From assembly GCA_047967505.1 (NCBI GenBank), contig CM106538.1: 64,000 nucleotides of DNA, one strand, 5' to 3'. This document shows positions 39,137 to 51,185 of this stretch, piece by piece. Both the position numbers and the translations under genes were made by a program. Under the pieces are notes generated by a model, which was not told the DNA's origin, searched no databases, and saw only the letters and a list, made by a program, of their open reading frames with translations. The DNA comes from Dipteris shenzhenensis. Taxonomy: Eukaryota. The first letter of the stretch is position 1; each line of letters starts with the position of its first letter.

Positions 39137-39281
39137 GTTTCCACAAGACTACTAGAGGCCCAAGGAAATTACCTTGGAAACACTTATATTCGGGTACCCA
39201 AGGTATTTGAGTTTCCACAAGACTACTAGAGGCCCAAGGATATTACCTTGGGAATACTTATATTTGGGTACCCAAGGTATT
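39137..39281 (+). repeat. ~74-bp tandem duplication
   Basis: GTTTCCACAAGACTACTAGAGGCCCAAGGA...GGGTACCCAAGGTATT at 39137 and 39211. Confidence 0.9.
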
Positions 39282-41439
39282 AGGTGTAACGACATCACCT
39301 CCATCGAGGAGCAATGCCAATAAGTTCAAGCCTATGGGTTATGAAACATCAAGGCAAAGATTGGAAAGAAGAACCATAAGAACCTACCTTGAAAAAGGTA
39401 GAACCACAAGAACCTACTCAAAGGGACAAGGAAAAAGCACCAATACAAGAGGATCACAGACAAAGAACATTTTCTATCTCCTATTGGGTAGTCACACAAG
39501 AACCTACTTGACTACTAGTCATTGTTTCATCTTCAAAAAAAACCTATCTCTAAAAAAGAGAGAGTAAGACAAGAAGCTGCCAAGACAAGAATAGAATCTA
39601 CTTTAGAGCTACACAAGAACCTGTTACACCAACCACAACAAACACAGTGGAAGTCATACAAGAACCTTCCAATGTGAATGAGGAATTAGCCTCATTGACA
39701 ACTTTTTCAAAAGCAACTTGGGCTCAACAAAACCAAAAGATCTCTGAGACATTGCGGCCCTACTCACATTTGCTACAAAGATCATATGTCACTTTATTAT
39801 GGTGATACAGTGAAGTTGAACATGTGAGAGTCTGTAATCAATAAAGGCATAAGAAGGTTGGGATCAAGAACACATTAAGATGGCAACACTCAAATGTTGG
39901 ATCCCTAAGTGTCATCAACACGCACCCACCTGCTCGCGCTTGTATCACGGTCAACTTCACCCTTCTAGAGCCACAAAAATCAAAGTGGTGACCCTAAAAG
40001 TTTGAGCTTATAATATTGATAACCAAGATTACACCAACAATAGATACACAAGAACCTACTCCTAAAAATGAGATGCATCCAGAAGAACCTACTACACGGT
40101 CCACGAAGACCAAGTCAACAATACTTCAAGGCTTTCCCCACAAAGGAATTACATACTCCTTCAGCACACCATTTAGCCCACCTCCACATCAATCGACCCA
40201 TGAAAACCTACTCCTAAAAATATAGTAGATCCATAATCTTGGCTGTAGCGGGAGTTACAAGAGACCTTAATGAAACGTTGCTACCATGGAAACAAAATCC
40301 TCACCAACAAAGGGTACACAACCCTAATAACTTCAACAAGGTCTGAGGCCAGTCAAGACACATCAACCCCCGGTGTCCCAAGGCACTCCCCCACATATGG
40401 AACAATAAGTGGTTCTACACCAACAGCTCCAAGGGATGAGATTGATTGTAGGGTGAATCTGATGACATCGAAATAGGGTTTGGATGAGTATCCTGTGATC
40501 CTCAAAAATTCATTTTCGCTTTCATTTATTAACCCCTCCCTTCATTAGCTAACTCTAACCCTCCCTCCTCTTTTTTATTTCTTCTTCTTCTTCTTTTTTA
40601 CGCTTATTAATAGTGCTCACTTAACTATTTGAACATCCCAATGTAATATCAGTTTTAATTTAGAAGACTTTCCTAGAGCCCAAGATGCTCTAAGCCTCTT
40701 CAGCCATAGTCCTCATTTTAGGAGTTTGTATGGTGTATTATCAGGCTCCTCTCGATTTGATGTCTTAGACAAATAAAGCTCCAGATCATCACAACCTTAT
40801 TGGGCTCAAAAGAAACTATCAACCAAAACCTTCAATGTAATGTAATCCATCAAATTGATTTTGAAGGAAGCTCTACCTAGAGAAGCAAAACAAAATATCG
40901 TGCAAAACTTTGAACTTGCAAATATTGCATGTTAAATACATAGTCTGATGAGAATCCAATAAAAGTCCCACTCAAATCAAAAATGGGACTTAAGGTGGAG
41001 CATGAGAATACACTATACTTACTCTACTAACACTATCAACACTAGGATCTTACATCAATCCCTACTAACATCTTCTTCCTACTAACTTATAGCTTAGATT
41101 CTTCTTTTTCTTTTTATTCCTTTGAAAGATCACAAGTACTCAGCGCCGATCCATCCACCCAACGTATAGCCTGCAATCACTCATGAAATGCCATGCGAAT
41201 TACAACGGAATCTAGTGCTACTAAATGAAATATTCACCCTACTAGCAATAATTCCATAACAAAAGATCCACTGAATACTAATGAAGCACTGCAAAAAGAA
41301 ATTTCACATAAGTGCACACAAAGAATGATCTTCAACGATATCCCTCCAACAACCATGACCTTGGAACGATCCAAGGGATTGTTTCAAGGAGGCATGTTAG
41401 ATACCATGTTAACTATATTAGTTGGTGGGGATGTCATTT

Positions 41440-41780
41440 GGTGGATAGTGGCAAGTCCTTAGAGCTAGGATTGTGCCTTGGAGCAAATAGGCCCAAGTTG
41501 ATTGTAAAAGAATGAGGAAAGAGAGTGGTATAAAGGGAATAGTAGGCTTGGACCTCCCTTCAAAAGGTGGCATGTATAAAAGGCCAAATGTTCGACTTTG
41601 GTCTTCACTTGTTGGTTGCACACATTGGAATACAAGCTCTCCTCCTCTTCTTTGGAGTTGTCTCTTATTCCCTCATAGTGCTTTTCGTGAATGCCATGCG
41701 CTCTTCTCCTCTTCCCTTCTTCTTCTCCTCCTCTCGCCTATCCACTTCCCTCTCCCCTCCCTCTTCTTCTCCTTATGGAT
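41440..41780 (+). repeat. Dispersed repeat (LTR-like), inverted homologue of 36400-36780
   Basis: Shared blocks in reverse complement with 36400-36780. Confidence 0.7.
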
Positions 41781-43082
41781 TCACAATCACACAACAAACT
41801 GGGAGTTGCTAGAGTGACACTAGTGGGATGGCATTTGCATGCATTGCTTTCAACACAAAGTAGCTTTGAGAAGTACTCCATTGGTGTTCTTGCAAGATCC
41901 CCATGACATATGAGTCGCCGCCGGACTACACACATGTGGAGATTTGGATCTCCATGCAATATCCCTTTCCACGCCATTCAAAGATATGAGTCCCTCATGC
42001 TCCAGGAGGTAGCACCTTGGAGTATGAGTAGAGCATCATGGATCTCGAAGATAGGGAAGCACGGTTGATGGAGCAATCTCAATCAATGGCAAATGGGTTT
42101 GAAAGATATGTCCAATAGCAAAGGGACGACAACTCAAAAGACCATTGAAGACTACATTAGGATGACGCCCAGGGCTAGCAAAGGACAAGTTATCAAGATT
42201 GGTTGCAACAAGCAAAAACCTAGGCTCATATTGCTCGCGCACAGTTCAATGAGCAACGAGATTTCGTGAAGAGGTGTTGAGGTTTGAAGTAGCTGAGTAG
42301 GAGGGGAAAAAGGATTAGATTCCTCGATGCACCCAATTAGTGGCCATGCCAAGTCTCCTTAACACAACTATATCTCTACAGTCTAAATGAAAGACTCGTG
42401 ATTATTAGCAAATTTCTTGCTTTTCACCATAAAACTTCGAAGGCAACCCGATTGTAGCTACTCTATGACTTTATTCCTTGGGTTTCTCCTTCACCAATGG
42501 TTATACTAAGTGAAAGGTGAGTGAGGGAAGTGAAAAGAGGGATGATCGAGAAGAGTATCACAAGTGAGTGAGCGAAAGATAGAAGGAATACAGATGAGCG
42601 GTGAGTAATTAAAAAGTTGAGAAGTAAGAAGATGAGTAGAAGGAAATGCATGGAGGGATTCAAGCAAGGTGGGTCCTAGGTAGCTAAGTTTGAGAGTGGA
42701 GTAGCAGAGGGAGGGGGGAGTAGATTCAACAAATAAGGGAGCATATTAGAGGCGAGTGAAATGTATGGAGTAGATAAGAGGTAAAGGAAGGTACCAAGTG
42801 AAGGATCCTTGTTAAGTCCAACAAGAGGAGTTAGTTTCAGTGAGAGAATTCGAGAGGCTCGTGAGTTAAGGGAGTTGGAGTGAGCCGATAAAGAAGAGAG
42901 TAAAGCAAGTGAAGAGGCATTGAGTTTCAGTATGAATGGATATTGTCATGGATAGGACTACAAAGGACTAGAGTAAAGTAACGTTTGAGTCTTGCTACAC
43001 TTTGCCTCCCAACTTCTCAGTTTGAACTTTGCTATGAATTCAAAAGCCTTAGATTCTACTCTGCTTTTTCGACGTAGTAGTT

Positions 43083-43965
43083 CCATATTCATCTCCATTT
43101 AGACCATGGCTCGGATTGCCCATTAGCCTCACATTTAAGGTTCCAACGGTCCCCTTCAATCTAAGCACATGGGAGTTCGATTTGCCATTGCCGTGTCTCG
43201 ATCACCTAAGTGAAGGGAACGGATCTTCCACTGCCATTGGGCTGGGCTTACCCTCCCGAGCACCCTACATGCGTGAGCGGCACGCTGTGTAAGGGATGCT
43301 AATATCTCCATCATATGTCTCTGTAGTAGTCGATTTGTCATTGCCATGTCTCGTTCATCCAAGCAGGGAGAATGAATTTGCCACCGCCATTAGGCTGGGC
43401 TTATCCTCCTAATTACCCTACACGGGTGAGCTACATGTTGTGTTAGGGGTGCTATTATTTCCATCATATGTCTTTGTAGTTGCTAGTACACACGTGCTAG
43501 GTCTTGGACTTGTAGGACACGAAAACACAGCCACTCAGTGTCGTGATTTGTGTGTGCGGTCGGCTTGCTCTACCTGCTTGACTTCCTAACTCTGTTGCAC
43601 ATGGTTCTATGCCCTGTTGTGGTATCACTTGCACATTTGCAAATTGTAGTTTGGCTCTAGTTGCAGCATGTAGGACTACGTGCCTGCCATGCCCACAATC
43701 AGAGCCATTGGGCTCTAATACCATGTTAGAGACTTGGCTTGACCACCAATCGGGTGGTGATGTGTAGGGCCGTATGTCGGAGCAGCCTAGCCACCCTCTT
43801 CCCTTCTCTTAAAAGGTCCACCTAAGGGATGGTATGCTAGTGCAACCATAGTGCACTAATGTGGGATTATCCCACAAGTGGCCTTGTCACATGGGAATCC
43901 ATATTCATCTCCATTTAGACTATGGGCTTGGATTGCACATTAACCTAGCATTTGAGGTTCTAACA
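43083..43965 (-). mobile_element. TRIM-like miniature LTR element
   Basis: LTR 43724-43965 (TGTTAG...CTAACA); PBS TGGTATTAGAGC (rc 43712-43723); ~560-bp non-coding interior with a ~153-bp duplication; PPT rc ~43151-43163; truncated second LTR 43083-43147. Confidence 0.8.
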
Positions 43966-44568
43966 AGATGAAAATTGGCAAGCATGGGAGCAAGAAGAAG
44001 CATGAAAGAAGGGTGAGGAGAGTGGAAAGAAGGGTGAGGAGAGTGGATATGATCAGAGAAATGGATGCTCTTCCATAACTTAGCAATGGTCCTTTGATAG
44101 TGTATATATCGGCTTTGAAGGTCAATCCATGGCAAGATGAAGATATCTAGAGAATGAGCAACCAAGGCATTGCCAACCAAGGTAAGCGAGGAGGAGGGGT
44201 TGCTTGAGAAGAGTGAGCAAGGGAAGGAAAGTCTAAGCACATGGATTGAGTTAAAGGAATTAAAGGGGAAAAGTTCCATAATATGCTCGTTGTTCTCTCA
44301 TGCATGTTCTCTCATGTGACTACATAGACACTCTGCACCATCGTGATGTGGTAGCTGTCAGCTAGCATTGGTGTGGCCCTAGTGCACATGGAAATGCTTG
44401 AACGTGCTGTGATGACAAAGTAGCGATGTGGTTGGGCACTGCGAATGTGGGAGACAAACCCCTAGAGATGCATATGTAAATAATTCTTCAGTGTGGGTGC
44501 ACGAGTTTGATTGCTCGATCATGATCCTGGTGGTGCACTTCCACGCTATGAGTACACACGGCCATTGG

Positions 44569-47443
44569 TTATCTTGAATTGATTACATTTGCAATGGTGC
44601 CTTTGGACATCATTATTTTGAGATCGCATAAGAAGGGACAATTCAGACTTGGAGCTGCATGTGAAATAGTGGTGGTTGCTTTAATTGGCAAGATTACTTG
44701 AATAGTGCCCAATGCCATGTTGACTTGCTGCCATGCATGGGATATAAAATGCTCCAAAGCACTTTGGTTTGAAGTTTCTAACCAGTCACTTAGAGGGATT
44801 TCTACTGTTTGCCTCATGCATGTGAGTGCTGCTTTGCTTCTAATGCACAGCTAATATATATATAGATGAGTCCAAGAACATGCCCAAACTCATCCTCTAA
44901 AAAGACAACATAGTGCAGTTTCAATCTCATGATAGTCACTCATAAGGTTGAAAACCATAAACTCCATCAGAATAGTAGCTGAGTTGATCGCTATTGAACC
45001 TAAGCTTGGGGCAGCACATTGGCAATGATCACCTAGATAACGTTCGTGAACCCGCTTGGATTTGTACTAGCATGTGCTGAGCAAATGGCGTCAAGCCCCA
45101 TTGAAATGATTGCAAACTCGGAGCTCCAGGTTGTGGCAGATAATTGCAAGGTCATGGAGTTTTTTTTTCTCTTTCGTTTTCTTTGCCTTTCCCCTCTCTA
45201 ATCATCTTGTCACATGAGCCTTGCATTGGCTTGGAAAACACATGATTAAGGGGATGTACGGGGAGCTTTACAGTATTTGTTTTGCAAGTAGAAGTGGCGG
45301 CAATTGCAACGCCAAGTAGTTTATTACAACAAGGCATATCATAACCTCACAAGCCTTAAAAGTGAAGCCTAGGAGTGTATTTGATACCACTTCGGTGAGT
45401 TACAACGTGCTTCTAACATTACATTGGGAGAGAAAGATAGTGGCTTTAGGATTATGGTTCCTACTAGACTTTTTAGGTTCATCTTGGACAAGGCACGCAG
45501 ATTGGTCCAATGTACCATTCTCAACAACCCTGATACAACCTGTTATGAAAAATTTGCCGAGCACTTTGTAGAGCATGATGAGCAGTTTTCTCAGTTACAT
45601 CCAGACCCTTATGGTATAGAATTAGGGTGCGAAATGGAAGTTTCAGAGCCAGAAATTCAACTTCTGTTAACACTTACTGGTCTCATCACGAGTGTATGTC
45701 CAGTCACTGCTCCAGTCATGAGTGTAGATCCCCTCCAGGCTTTTGTTTCTAAGCTGATGTGGAGAGTGGATCAACGTACAGAACGAGGGTAGCCCAGTGC
45801 AGATCTGTCAGAATGGTTAAGATAATTTCAAAGTATTTATTGTAGCAGAAATTCAACCACCTTCTTTAGAAATAACTGCTGAAATGAAAATTGTATGAGA
45901 TGAACTGAAGTTGACCCTGGATGAAAATATTAAAGGAAATCCACGCCTTCCATTGAAAACCTCCGTAATTTGTGCGAGTAGCTACTCATGGAATAGAGTC
46001 GAGCATTTTATAAGGAATCCTCATGAACTGAGGATTTGATTGCTTGCATTTGAATCAGTTGAAGGATCATCAAGCCATGTAGCAGCTGTGCCCATAAAAT
46101 GGATGAATTCAAAGCATCTTTGTGCATAAGAAACTCCAAATTGCAAGGTCTGATATATGCTGAGATCTGGTGTTAATGCCACTTGCATCAACCAAAAGGA
46201 AAAACTTTAAATAAAAGGAATGGTGCACCAAGAGAAGCAATATAAACCTGCTCATTTCTGGGATTTCTGAAAAGAGAGCTCTGCATTACAAGACACCTTT
46301 GCAGCCTAATGCACAAATTCATGTATTCTGTTCACAGCTGTGGGAAAGTATGCTGCGATTCAGACTATACACAAAATTGTTCTAGTTTACGCTGCCCATC
46401 CTGACTCTGACCTATTGAAGTATGATCTTGACTGCCTCAGTTCCCAGATGCATGAGTTCCAGCAAACATCCATTGTGCCGTAACAGAACTGCTCATGTGG
46501 TCCTCCAGATAAATGTGATGATTCAATGATACTTTGCAAACCATGATGCTAGAGGTTATCAGACATCAAGCTTAGCTTCGTCAAGGGTTTAGCGTAATAA
46601 TATCTCCGAAAAACTGTTGGAAACATTAATGTCACAAACTCTTTACATCTGCATCCATGGAAACAGTGTAGCTTGGGAAAAGAATCAAAATAATCTTCAC
46701 CCAACTAGAAATTGTGATGTGAGTTTCGTGCGAAAGTAGCAAACTGGGCTGCAACTAATACAGTAAACCGTCTTTTTAGGAAGGGGACAGAAGGAGAGAA
46801 AGAGGGGGGGACGCACATCATCATTGTCAAATTTACCGTATTTAAAGTCCCTCTATGAGTTATGATGGCATGTGTACAAACCCTCTGTTTCCAGTATAAG
46901 TAGGTGTTCCACCATCTGTAGATCTGCCAGTCAATGATGTAGAATTTGCTGCCCACGTGGTAAGTTATCTACTGCCCAAGGAAAGCACTTGAATTCTGCC
47001 TTTCATTTTTGAATCATCAATGAAAGTTATTCTAGCACCTCTGACAGAGATGACCTATACGTTACCTTCAATCTCAACAGATACAAGAAGAAATGGATTG
47101 AAGCTTTGTTCTTTGAAGCATGAAAGATAAACACACATACACAAATCCAGATTCCCCATCACAAAGGTACATTTCTCAAGATGCAAACTCACAGATGCAA
47201 AGGTTGAAGAGACTTCAGAGCATAAGAGGCTTTTGGTCAGTTAAAATATTATAGCTTGCAGACCACCCAAATCCTCAACAAGCTGCATATGGTAAGAGTC
47301 CTTTGTGAATATATCAGCAGGAAGGTCACTCAAGTCATGGAAAAGTGATCTGCATGGCTGAGATGTATTGTAAAGAATTTCCAACCAACCTGTGATTTGT
47401 ATGCCTCAGTCATAACATGTGTCATTGCATCTAAGTTGCTAGC
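44569..47443 (-). pseudogene. Decayed multi-exon host gene of unidentified family
   Basis: Protein-like exon segments, several with GT/AG borders: LFHDLSDLPADIFTKD; EFKCFPWAVDNLP...LADLQMVEHLLILETE; VVSGLLRMVHWTNL...WYQIHS*ASLLRLV; PCNYLPQPGAPSLQSFQWGLTPFA; SKAALTCMRQTVEIP...stop. Multiple in-frame stops, frameshifts and one lost acceptor (~45153). Confidence 0.6.
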
Positions 47444-47691
47444 CTGAAAAACTTTGCAAAGTTTCATAGGGATTATGCAGAATATATAAGCTTTTCCAAT
47501 CACCCTGCTATTTGGCAGTAATAACATGTGTCATGCATCTGATTTAAAATCAACCCAACTCTGCAGAGATTAACAGTCACATGCATGAGAAAAGCTTCAT
47601 GGCTGGCATGTGCCAGCAGACTGCTGCCTATAGAACTTCTACAGAAGAATCTGCCACTCCCTCTTATCAAGCTGAGCTTCAATTCTCTGTT

Positions 47692-47910
47692 TTACTCTTC
47701 AAACGCAAGAACAACAAAAACATCTGTCAAAGACCATCTTTGAACGACAGCCTTATCTGGCGGATTTATGAGTGCCTGATCTGCTGAGCCACGACGATAT
47801 CCAATTACAATTTCATCTCTTTGCCGTGCATGGATCATTATTTCAAAGAAGGAAAGCTCCTCTTGATCAGAAAGATAAAACTCAGCCGGTCTTATGTACA
47901 GTTCATTACC
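47692..47910 (-). CDS. DMI1: POLLUX/DMI1 ion channel, last coding exon
   Basis: Acceptor CTTCTCAG, then GNELYIRPAEFYLSDQEELSFFEIMIHARQRDEIVIGYRRGSADQALINPPDKAVVQRWSLTDVFVVLAFEE* (TAA at 47692-47694). No disablement. Confidence 0.95.
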   Translation of the reverse strand, partial: GNELYIRPAEFYLSDQEELSFFEIMIHARQRDEIVIGYRRGSADQALINPPDKAVVQRWSLTDVFVVLAFEE

Positions 47911-48008
47911 CTGAGAAGTTGACAGGAAAAACGATTACCATATTTGCAGGTCTCATGTAGACGTGGCCTTAGTGTCTAAGCATCTTAGGAAATGTGACAC
48001 GCTCTTAC

Positions 48009-48275
48009 CTCTTCTGCAAAAAGCTCTTCAAGTACACGGTTGATTTGCTTATCTTCTGCTACCATGGCCAATGCCATGCTTACAAGCTCATTTGATAGTA
48101 CATAATCACTTATCTTCGACACACTGACAAGATTCTTTGTCCTAGAATCCAGAATCTCACTTATGATTATAGTTTTATCAGATGCCTCATGCATCTCTCG
48201 AATCCAAGAGCTCTGTGAATGGCCTGGCAGCCTTATGTGAGACCCTTTTGTGCCTTCCAAAGGTAGCCTCTTCGA
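48009..48275 (-). CDS. DMI1: POLLUX/DMI1 ion channel, penultimate exon
   Basis: Acceptor TGCAG, then SKRLP...SWIREMHEASDKTIIISEILDSRTKNLVSVSKISDYVLSNELVSMALAMVAEDKQINRVLEELFAEE, then donor GTAAGA. 267 bp, phase 0, followed by a 98-bp intron. Confidence 0.96.
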
Positions 48276-48989
48276 CTGCACTGACAAGGTTAAATTAAGT
48301 ACCAAGCCTCATATAGGGAAACACACAACACTACAATACCACAATCAACAGGTGAGATCAATCAGCCATAGTCCTTCTGCAAAAGTACAATACCATGCTA
48401 GTACACTACTTACATGTCATGCAAAAAAAAGGCGGTGTCATAGTTTGTTGTGACTTGTTTGCAAAAAAAAAAGCTCAAAGTCCAAACACAATGTGATTGC
48501 AATCTGACATACAATAGACTTTTTTGCAATAGTACATTTTGAAAATCAGATGCATCAATCCATAATATGTTAATACTGAATAACTGCTTTTGAACAGGCA
48601 TGTAAGCATTTCCAAGAATGCTCATTGAAATGCATTAAACAACTTTTGTTTCTCACAGAAATAATAGATGTCAAAATTCTCTCATCGTTTTCAGAGAACG
48701 ATTCCTGAATTTCTCTAATTGTCCTACATTTGGAAAACTCATTCTTTGGAGTCCTTTGTTATAAGCACCAAAGAGCCAGTAAACAAGTCATAATTTGGAA
48801 CATTCATACGAATGCTTTGATTCTTTTTATTGGAAATAGGGTGAACACACAGAGATTCAAACTATATTCCACAAGTGTGTGTTACTCTAAGAAAGATGAA
48901 AATGAGGATCACTCTAACCCTCCTAACTGGAGAGGGAAAGTGCATTTACCTTCCTATCCACGCATCACAAATCCAATGGGCTGACTTAC

Positions 48990-51185
48990 TTTGATTTCCT
49001 CTTGCAAGTCCCATTCAAAAAGGCTGTTTTTAATGTCTAATTGATGCATTTTCCATCAATAATGAGCTGTCAATGAAACAAGACACTTTACAATGGTTAT
49101 CCTGGAATGGGGACAAAGGTTTCATCATAATCTATTCCCTTATTCTGAGAGCAGCCTTTGGCAACTAACCCCTTGTAACATACCCTCATAATTAAATCCA
49201 CTTTGTCCCAATAGCCTTTCTGTCTATGGGCAACTCGACCAGATCCAATGTGTTTTCTTATGGATTGAATCCTATTCAGCCCGCATGGATCTCATCCAAT
49301 GTTCACTCTCTTGAGCATCCTCAAAGCTCGGTTTATCTTGAGCATCCAAAGTCTGCTGTAGGACAAGCCCTTTACACTACTATCAATTGGCACTAGGAGC
49401 AACACTCAAGCACTTCTTGTGAGTTTTTCAAGCTCGAACTAGTTTTTCAGCAAAGATTACATCTCTATTGGCAACAAATCCTCTCGAGTATGGTCATTGT
49501 AGAGATGGTGTCCCTTGCTTTCACTGCTATGGCCAACAAATATGCATTATTGGCCTTGTCACATTCAGTGTATCTCTCATTTGCTTAGGCACATGTGCGT
49601 ATGCTACGCAGCCAAACACCCTCCACCTTAGGTTTCCTATCATGCCAAGTCTCAAAGGGTGCAATTGTTTTCAAATTTTGGTTGGGGCATCCCCTTCTTT
49701 TGTTACACGGTCAATAATGCCTGGAGATTTCAGCTCAGTAGTAGAGGTTGGAGACCTTCCAGAGTTCCTGGTGCTTCTGGAGGAGACTCGGAAATCCCAC
49801 AGGAATAGGAAGATCACTATCTTCTTTTGCCTCTCTATCCATGGTGGGATTGCAGTGAACCTTTGGAGATCCAAGTTCGGAGCCGACCCTACTTGCCCTC
49901 GTTGCCTCTCTGCTTCAGAGACTATTCAGCATCGCTTATGGGATTGTAGACAGGCGAGGATGATTTGGATGGGGGTAGCCAGGATTTTCAGTCACTTTGC
50001 CCACTCCCCATTCTTTATGACATGGGGCTCAGTGGCTTGGCTTTCTCTTACAGGGCCTCAGGTATTCTATGAGAGATTTGACTCCTCTCCGGCCATTTTG
50101 GTTCGACGTCATCAGATTGAGTAATGTTCGTTGGACGTGGTACCACACCTTCGTTCTATAGCCGTACATGCCTTTGTGGATACTTCTTGGGAGATTCTAG
50201 CGAGCATAGCATCCTGGCATATCTGGAGAGCCAGATGCACAAAGGCTTTGGAGGGTACTCAGGTTCATCCCTCGCACACATTGGCTAGTATCTGGACAGA
50301 CACCGTACATACTTTGATGGCTGTATAGACGAGTATGCAGGGAGACTCCCGTGCAGCCTCAGCTAGGAGGGCTTCTTTCTTCAGGGAATGGAAGGATTCT
50401 CCTTTCTTCTCTGAGACTAATACAGGGTTGAGGTGGCACTTTCAGCCTCAGCCTTGGTTGTTTTCCACCTCACTCTGAGGGGGTTTTATTTATCCTCATG
50501 ATTTCATGATGTATTCCTCTTTAAGCTTGCTCTCGCGGGTTTTTTCTCTTACTTAATAGATGTCTCTTTCTTGGGGAAAAAAAAAACATGTGCACCACAC
50601 ACACTGGCATCATCCAGAATCTATGAGGCAGTCTTCTAATGTTTATCATACACCTGGCCATCTCCATCAAAGAAATATTTTTTTGTCTCAGCAATACCAT
50701 TTTGCTGAGGTGTATATGGCATTGTGCACTAGGTGGGAAACTCCCTTTTCCTGGAAATATGCCATAAAGTCATGCTCATAGTCTCCACCTTGTAACCTAT
50801 CTAGTTTTCAGCCATGGCAAAAAACTGCTGAAAATACATAAATACTTCAGATTTCTCTCTCATAGGATAGACCCAAGTTAATCTTGGAATGCCGTCTATA
50901 AAGTTCACAAAATATAGATACTTTCCCACCATGGATGGTGTCCTCATGGGACCACATACATCACTGCGTATAAGCTGTAATTTTCTAACAGCTCGACTGG
51001 ATCCATCCCTTGGAAAGGAATTTCTATGCATCTTTCCCAAACTCCATCCTTTAAAGACATGTTTTGGATGGGTCTTTAGTGTAGGTAGATTCAAAACCAT
51101 ATTGTGCTTCAGTAGAAGCTGCAAACTCTCATAGTTTACATGGCCACATCTGGCATGCCATAATTGACACGCAAAGATCAAACAT
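48990..51185 (-). mobile_element. Ty1/Copia pol remnant (GAG-pre/integrase/RT), interrupted by a LINE 3' end
   Basis: LWHARCGHVN; LQLIRSDVCGPMRTPS..YLYFVNFIDG; APFETWHDRKP; LVAKGCSQNKGIDYDETF; WKMHQLDIK. Confidence 0.88.
49681..50586 (+). mobile_element. 5'-truncated LINE (zf-RVT, 3' UTR, poly-A)
   Basis: SIHGGIAVNLW..PTCPRCLSASETIQHRLWDC...WHFQPQPWLF; ends GGGG plus an A-run. Closely similar to 62189-62792. Confidence 0.9.

Noticed and set aside
45424-45792. 122-aa plus-strand ORF
   Set aside because: Overlaps a minus-strand exon that has splice sites and continuity with neighbouring exons, so it is treated as antisense.
44569-47443. In-frame stops explained by U-to-C RNA editing
   Set aside because: That editing is organellar; this is nuclear spliceosomal DNA that also has frameshifts.
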